The notes under the pieces were generated by a model that saw nothing but the letters and a program-made list of their open reading frames with translations, searched no databases and was not told the origin of the DNA. From the UHGV virus genome UHGV-0212329: a DNA stretch of 52,574 nt. One strand, given 5' to 3'. Numbering within the stretch: position 1 is the stretch's first letter; each line of letters starts with the position of its first letter. The DNA comes from a virus. Of the stretch, positions 48,645-52,574 are shown piece by piece. Made by a program: the position numbers and the translations under genes.

Positions 48645-49008
48645 GCTGTTTGCCCTCCAAAAGTTCGGGATTGTCGTAAATATTGCCGATTGTGTCCATT
48701 TTTTCACGGGTAAGGTCAATTTCTCTTCTTTTTCCGTTTTGTTCCCACGCCCAACCTTTTTCATTACAATATACAAGACAAGAATAACAAGCCGAGCATA
48801 GTTGCATTATATCACCCTCAAAAATCTTCTTGCCGTTCTTGTCGGTCAAGCCTGTGTATTGTCCGACGGTTTCGGGGAGAACTTCAACCCAACCGTCAAA
48901 TTCAACCCATAAGCGAGGATTTTGTCCTTTTACTTGCATTAGGCTATCACTTATAACAAGCTCGCCGTTATCCGCTCTTTTGCCTCTAAAAAGTATTTCT
49001 CTTTTCAT
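48616..49008 (-). CDS. YopX-family protein
   Basis: REILFRGKR, ETVGQYTGLTDKNGKKIFEGDI, IGNIYDNPELL. Confidence 0.93.
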   Translation of the reverse strand: MKREILFRGKRADNGELVISDSLMQVKGQNPRLWVEFDGWVEVLPETVGQYTGLTDKNGKKIFEGDIMQLCSACYSCLVYCNEKGWAWEQNGKRREIDLTREKMDTIGNIYDNPELLEGKQHEQRTVRRI

Positions 49009-49014
49009 ATTTTT

Positions 49015-49197
49015 CTAACCTCCTATAATAAGCGTATAAATGCCGTCCTGTTCTGTTCTATACGCCTTAATCTTTTCTAAAGCTAAATATTCTTTCATTT
49101 CCTCTGCCGTGGCTATAAACAGCAAATAAACCGCTTTTTCGTGACTTGTTAGCGGCAAGCCGTGTTTAACTTTTGTTATAATCTGTTCTTTGTTCAT
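49015..49197 (-). CDS. Hypothetical protein
   Basis: AAGGGG RBS before ATG 49197. Confidence 0.65.
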   Translation of the reverse strand: MNKEQIITKVKHGLPLTSHEKAVYLLFIATAEEMKEYLALEKIKAYRTEQDGIYTLIIGG

Positions 49198-49217
49198 AAT
49201 AACCCCTTTATTTAGCA

Positions 49218-49544
49218 TTATTCGAAGCATTCCTGTATAGCTTCCGCAATCTCCATTGCCTTGTTATAATCGCACACAAACGTTATGTCGTTTTCGTTCT
49301 GTTCTTCATCAACCCTTACAAGGCTTTTGGGACACCACGTCGTTAGGTGTTTAATTGCTGTTCCCAAAATAACATTATAGGCTTTTTCAGTCTCGCCAAT
49401 TATCGCAAATATTCGGTTATCAAAAAAATTTGTGCCTCTTTTTTCTTTAAACACTTTTGCTGCGAACCATTCCGCCACAACGTATGTATCTTTTTCTATT
49501 GCCTTTGTTTTAATACCACGCATTACAACGTCGATTGTTTTCAT
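49218..49544 (-). CDS. Hypothetical phage protein
   Basis: ETEKAY...WCPKS motif; AAAGGAG RBS. Confidence 0.75.
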   Translation of the reverse strand: MKTIDVVMRGIKTKAIEKDTYVVAEWFAAKVFKEKRGTNFFDNRIFAIIGETEKAYNVILGTAIKHLTTWCPKSLVRVDEEQNENDITFVCDYNKAMEIAEAIQECFE

Positions 49545-49984
49545 TTTTTTAAACTCCTTTGCGGTGGAATAATCGCCACCGCTCGATTTTTTATTTTATT
49601 TTTTAAGTCTGCTTTAGACAAAAAAACCTTTTCTTGATAATGGGAATCTTCATATTTGCCTTTAAAAGTATCTTTTATATACTCTATATAATTGTACTTT
49701 TCTTTTAGTTCTTCTATGTCTTTTACTACTTCGTTATATTTATCATCTGATAAATCTTTGAGATATTCTTTGTCCCATTTTTCCCAAAATTGTCTTGCGA
49801 TTGAATTTTTTGGTAAAAGTTCATCTTGGGCTTGCCCGCAACATTCATAGTCTCTTTTATTCTTAAAAAATTTATCCGCCTCTGTTGCGAAATAGGGATT
49901 TTCGTTATTCCCTAATGTGTAATACTTCACTTCAAACATAACTAATTTTGTTATTTGGAAATAATATTTAAATTCTTTTTTCAT
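49541..49984 (-). CDS. Hypothetical protein
   Basis: AAAGGAG RBS. Confidence 0.75.
   Translation of the reverse strand: MKKEFKYYFQITKLVMFEVKYYTLGNNENPYFATEADKFFKNKRDYECCGQAQDELLPKNSIARQFWEKWDKEYLKDLSDDKYNEVVKDIEELKEKYNYIEYIKDTFKGKYEDSHYQEKVFLSKADLKNKIKNRAVAIIPPQRSLKK
49554..49588 (-). promoter_or_regulatory. SD-proximal pseudoknot motif, copy 2
   Basis: mRNA: AAUCG-A-GCGGUGG-CGAUU-AUU-CCACCGC-AAAGGAG. Confidence 0.7.
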
Positions 49985-50205
49985 ATAAACTCCTTTCCGT
50001 CGGATATACCGCCGACGGTCGGCTGTTCTTCTTTGTTGCTCGTAATTCTATATTTGTCGGGATTGTGTTTTGCAAGTTCCTTTTTTAATGGCTCTCGGTC
50101 TTCGCAAGTCATTATTGCTTTCCATCTTTCTGAATAAACGGGGAAACTGCAATTCCCCAAAATATTGGGCTTTGCGATTGTTTCTTTTCGCTCTAAAAAA
50201 TACAT
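49981..50205 (-). CDS. Hypothetical protein
   Basis: GAAAGGA RBS before ATG 50205. Confidence 0.7.
   Translation of the reverse strand: MYFLERKETIAKPNILGNCSFPVYSERWKAIMTCEDREPLKKELAKHNPDKYRITSNKEEQPTVGGISDGKEFI
49990..50024 (-). promoter_or_regulatory. SD-proximal pseudoknot motif, copy 3
   Basis: mRNA: AGCCG-A-CCGUCGG-CGGU-AUAU-CCGACGG-AAAGGAG. Confidence 0.7.
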
Positions 50206-50208
50206 AAT

Positions 50209-50243
50209 TTCCTTTCTGCGGGGCATAGCCGCCCCGCTGGCGT
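50209..50243 (-). promoter_or_regulatory. SD-proximal pseudoknot motif, copy 4 (divergent)
   Basis: mRNA: CGCC-A-GCGGGG-CGGCU-AUG-CCCCGC-AGAAAGGAA. Confidence 0.6.
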
Positions 50244-50250
50244 GTCTGTT

Positions 50251-51927
50251 CTATCTCGCAATAGTGTTTATAATCGGTTCGAATCCAAGCTGTTTATAAT
50301 AAGCAATAACGTTTTTAATATAATTTTCAAAACTCGCCCCGGCATAATTAACGGCTTGCAGTCCGTGGGAGACATTGCCGTACTTTAAATTATTAGGGAC
50401 TTCGGGTAAAATGCCACGATATAATACAAACATGCTGCCTTTGTGAAAAAATACGTCGTCCGTCTTTCGCTTGCCTTTTCGGGTAATTGTTATTTTCCCG
50501 GCGTCGGAATATTGCGCCCATTTTTTCGTCTCTATGCTGTTCAACGTGCCTCGGTATTCGTTTGCAATCAAAATCCAATCGTTGACGGTTAAAACGGTCA
50601 CGCTGTCGCCTTCTTGTAAATTTGCCGTTGCTATCTGTTCGGAAATCGGGCGGGGGATATAGAAAGCCGGGAGAGTTCTTGAATAATCTTCAAGTGCTTT
50701 AATGTATTCTTGAGCGTTTGTTGTGTCTTTCTGTTCGTCAAAATCGTTCGGCAGTGTCAAAATATAACGGGCGTATGAAAAGCCCTGCGGATCTATAACA
50801 AATTTTAATTTGCCATTTAAATAAACGCCGATGCAATCCGAGCAAAACCAAAATACCGTTTTTCGCTGTTCTTCGTTTAACTGCAGATAATTATTTTTGT
50901 CGACTCTTGCGTCAGCGGTGCTGGTGCCGCCTTTGCCTCGCAAAAACTCGAAGTCACACATAAACAAATCGCAAAAATCGTTGTAAATGTCATCGTTTGA
51001 AAATTCTATTTTTCGGCTTATAACGGCGTCGGTCGTTGTCGGTTCGTAATCGTTTTCGGCGTTGTAATTATCTATTTTTTCGACCTCTTTAAGACTGCAA
51101 ATTTTGCGATATTCTGTCAACCTTTGTATTGCGATTTGTTCCGATTCGGCAAGGTCAACAACCTTTACCGTTTTATTGATTTTTTCGACTTTGGCGGCTG
51201 TGATTTGTTCTTGTATTCGTGCGGCTTCGGCGTCTTTTTCTCGTTGTATTCTGTCCGCTTCGCATTTTGCCAAAAATGCGGCATGCTCGGCGGCTTCTTT
51301 TTCTGCATAATCAGTCATACTGTCCGAGTTGTCATAGTTCCACGAATCCGCAAGGGCTTTACAATAGGCTTGTACGGCGTTTAATTCGTCGCTATCTTCA
51401 AAATATCCGTACCCGTCCGGCTCGCCTGTTCGTCTGTCTTTCATTATGTGGCGGCGTTCATACGGCGACGCTTGTATATATGCAGAAATGCTGTTATGCG
51501 TTGATGTTATCGAAAATTTGACTTCCGGGAAACGCTTTTTAAGTTCTTTACGGAGAATTGCGGCAACTTCTTTTACCGGCGGTAAATTATGTTTGTTGTG
51601 CTGTTCAATGTCGGATATGTCGCAACGTTCCCACAAGCTCGGCAATTTATGCGCCGCCGCCTTCGCTATAGCTTTTGCGGTTTGCGCCTTCGCTTTTTCG
51701 TCGGGGTTCTGCTTGTCATTTAAAATGTTTGAAACTTCGGCATCGTCGGCATTTTCAATTGCATTTTTTGTAGTCTGTTCGTCGGCGTATCCGTACCAGA
51801 TGCGGCGCACGCTGTGCCATCTAAAACCGATATTTTTTAGGGCGGAGCGGATAGCCTCGCACGGCTTGCCGCTGAAGTTAATTTCAATACTGTTAAATTG
51901 GTTGTTTTTTGCAATAGTGTAATTCAT
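50251..51927 (-). CDS. Multidomain early protein with an LPD29-like domain
   Basis: N-terminal KP.E.IRSALK..GFRW....WY module; LRKELKKRFPEVKFSI...WNYDNSDSMTDY LPD29-like motif. Confidence 0.7.
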   Translation of the reverse strand: MNYTIAKNNQFNSIEINFSGKPCEAIRSALKNIGFRWHSVRRIWYGYADEQTTKNAIENADDAEVSNILNDKQNPDEKAKAQTAKAIAKAAAHKLPSLWERCDISDIEQHNKHNLPPVKEVAAILRKELKKRFPEVKFSITSTHNSISAYIQASPYERRHIMKDRRTGEPDGYGYFEDSDELNAVQAYCKALADSWNYDNSDSMTDYAEKEAAEHAAFLAKCEADRIQREKDAEAARIQEQITAAKVEKINKTVKVVDLAESEQIAIQRLTEYRKICSLKEVEKIDNYNAENDYEPTTTDAVISRKIEFSNDDIYNDFCDLFMCDFEFLRGKGGTSTADARVDKNNYLQLNEEQRKTVFWFCSDCIGVYLNGKLKFVIDPQGFSYARYILTLPNDFDEQKDTTNAQEYIKALEDYSRTLPAFYIPRPISEQIATANLQEGDSVTVLTVNDWILIANEYRGTLNSIETKKWAQYSDAGKITITRKGKRKTDDVFFHKGSMFVLYRGILPEVPNNLKYGNVSHGLQAVNYAGASFENYIKNVIAYYKQLGFEPIINTIAR

Positions 51928-51971
51928 TTTTTTTGTCTCCTATGAAAATTAAAATTTTTTTGTAAAAATGG

Positions 51972-52000
51972 TTGACTTTTTTAATTGTTCCGCATATAAT
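51972..52000 (+). promoter_or_regulatory. Promoter for a small antisense RNA
   Basis: TTGACT, 17 bp, TATAAT. Confidence 0.75.
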
Positions 52001-52005
52001 AAGAG

Positions 52006-52122
52006 ACAGACAACGCAAGCACAGCGGTGCGGAAAACTTCCGCTATGCTTTGTATTTGCGTTTCTGCTTTCACCGTTTAACTGTTTTTTGTTTGGCGACT
52101 CGAACAGTTAAACGGCTTTTTT
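52006..52122 (+). ncRNA. Putative ~115-nt sRNA antisense to the leftward operon
   Basis: Bounded by the promoter and a terminator (CCGTTTAACTGTT...AACAGTTAAACGG-CTTTTTT, 52073-52122). Confidence 0.55.
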
Positions 52123-52270
52123 ATTTACTCGTTAAAAATTCGAGCAAATCAACAATTTGACTGTCTGACCATTTCGCAACGTTGCGCAAATAATCAAGAA
52201 GCCGTTCAAGTGTCTTAGCACTTAGCATTTTTTCGCCGTCCTCCGCATTTAAATTGATTTCTTCCGCCAT
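52121..52270 (-). CDS. Small hypothetical protein (49 aa, MAEEINLNAEDGEK...)
   Basis: GGGAGG RBS; ATG 52270 to TAA 52121. Confidence 0.6.
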   Translation of the reverse strand: MAEEINLNAEDGEKMLSAKTLERLLDYLRNVAKWSDSQIVDLLEFLTSK

Positions 52271-52338
52271 TTTTTTTACCTCCCTAAGCTTTTTTACTTG
52301 TTGAAAAGTCTTATTTTTCTTGCCCTTTCAACATAAAT

Positions 52339-52367
52339 ATTATAACATATTACGCAAAAAAACGCAA
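52339..52367 (-). promoter_or_regulatory. Promoter of the leftward accessory operon
   Basis: On the minus strand: TTGCGT, 17 bp, TG-T-TATAAT. Confidence 0.7.
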
Positions 52368-52574
52368 GCATTTTTACCCATTTTTTAAACTTTTATTATA
52401 TATATATATTTATATATATATAATAATTTCAGAGCTACGCACCAAAAAAGCCAACAAATAAAAGCTTCTTTATTTTTAAACCCTCAAACAAATAGTAAGG
52501 CTTTTTAACTTGACATCATTGTAACCTCGTACAAAGGGTTTTTATCTATAACCCCTATACAAGGCTTATAACCT

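Larger units (their letters stand above)
1..52574. mobile_element. Temperate tailed (siphovirus-like) bacteriophage genome, apparently complete or near-complete and not integrated
   Basis: Integrase, repressor, replication, terminase, portal, capsid, tail tube, tape measure and fibre genes are present with no host housekeeping genes. Both ends share the same AAGG-iterated AT-rich sequence, and arm-type repeats lie on both sides of the putative attP. Confidence 0.92.

Noticed and set aside
47471..50243. The four hairpin motifs as integron-like attC sites for the second recombinase
   Set aside because: No GTTRRRY-type cores, and strand-specific G-U pairs with fixed spacing to the SD favour an RNA role.

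Overview
The window looks like a near-complete, probably circular genome of a temperate siphovirus of a low-GC Gram-positive-type host (sigma70/sigmaA promoters, AAGGAG RBSs, code 11). Module order: an AT-rich end region with iterated AAGG motifs; a promoter-driven non-coding locus with three tRNAs (Gln-TTG, Gly-CCC, Thr-TGT) flanked by two highly structured RNA segments; attP-like repeats and a tyrosine integrase; a repressor/switch region with face-to-face promoters; replication and recombination genes (SSB, replisome organizer with iterons, YqaJ, RecT); three DNA methyltransferases, two of them broken at poly-G tracts; dUTPase; a head-tail module whose gene order resembles SPbeta; tail fibres; and a leftward accessory operon with a second tyrosine recombinase, YopX and an LPD29-like protein. 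The most notable observations are: (1) a covarying RNA pseudoknot directly upstream of the Shine-Dalgarno of four genes in the leftward operon; (2) the large structured RNA(s) around the tRNAs; (3) poly-G tracts that may phase-vary the methyltransferases; (4) no recognisable endolysin; (5) tandem NrdR-like boxes inside the attP region. All functional calls come from motif recognition by eye; no database searches were run.
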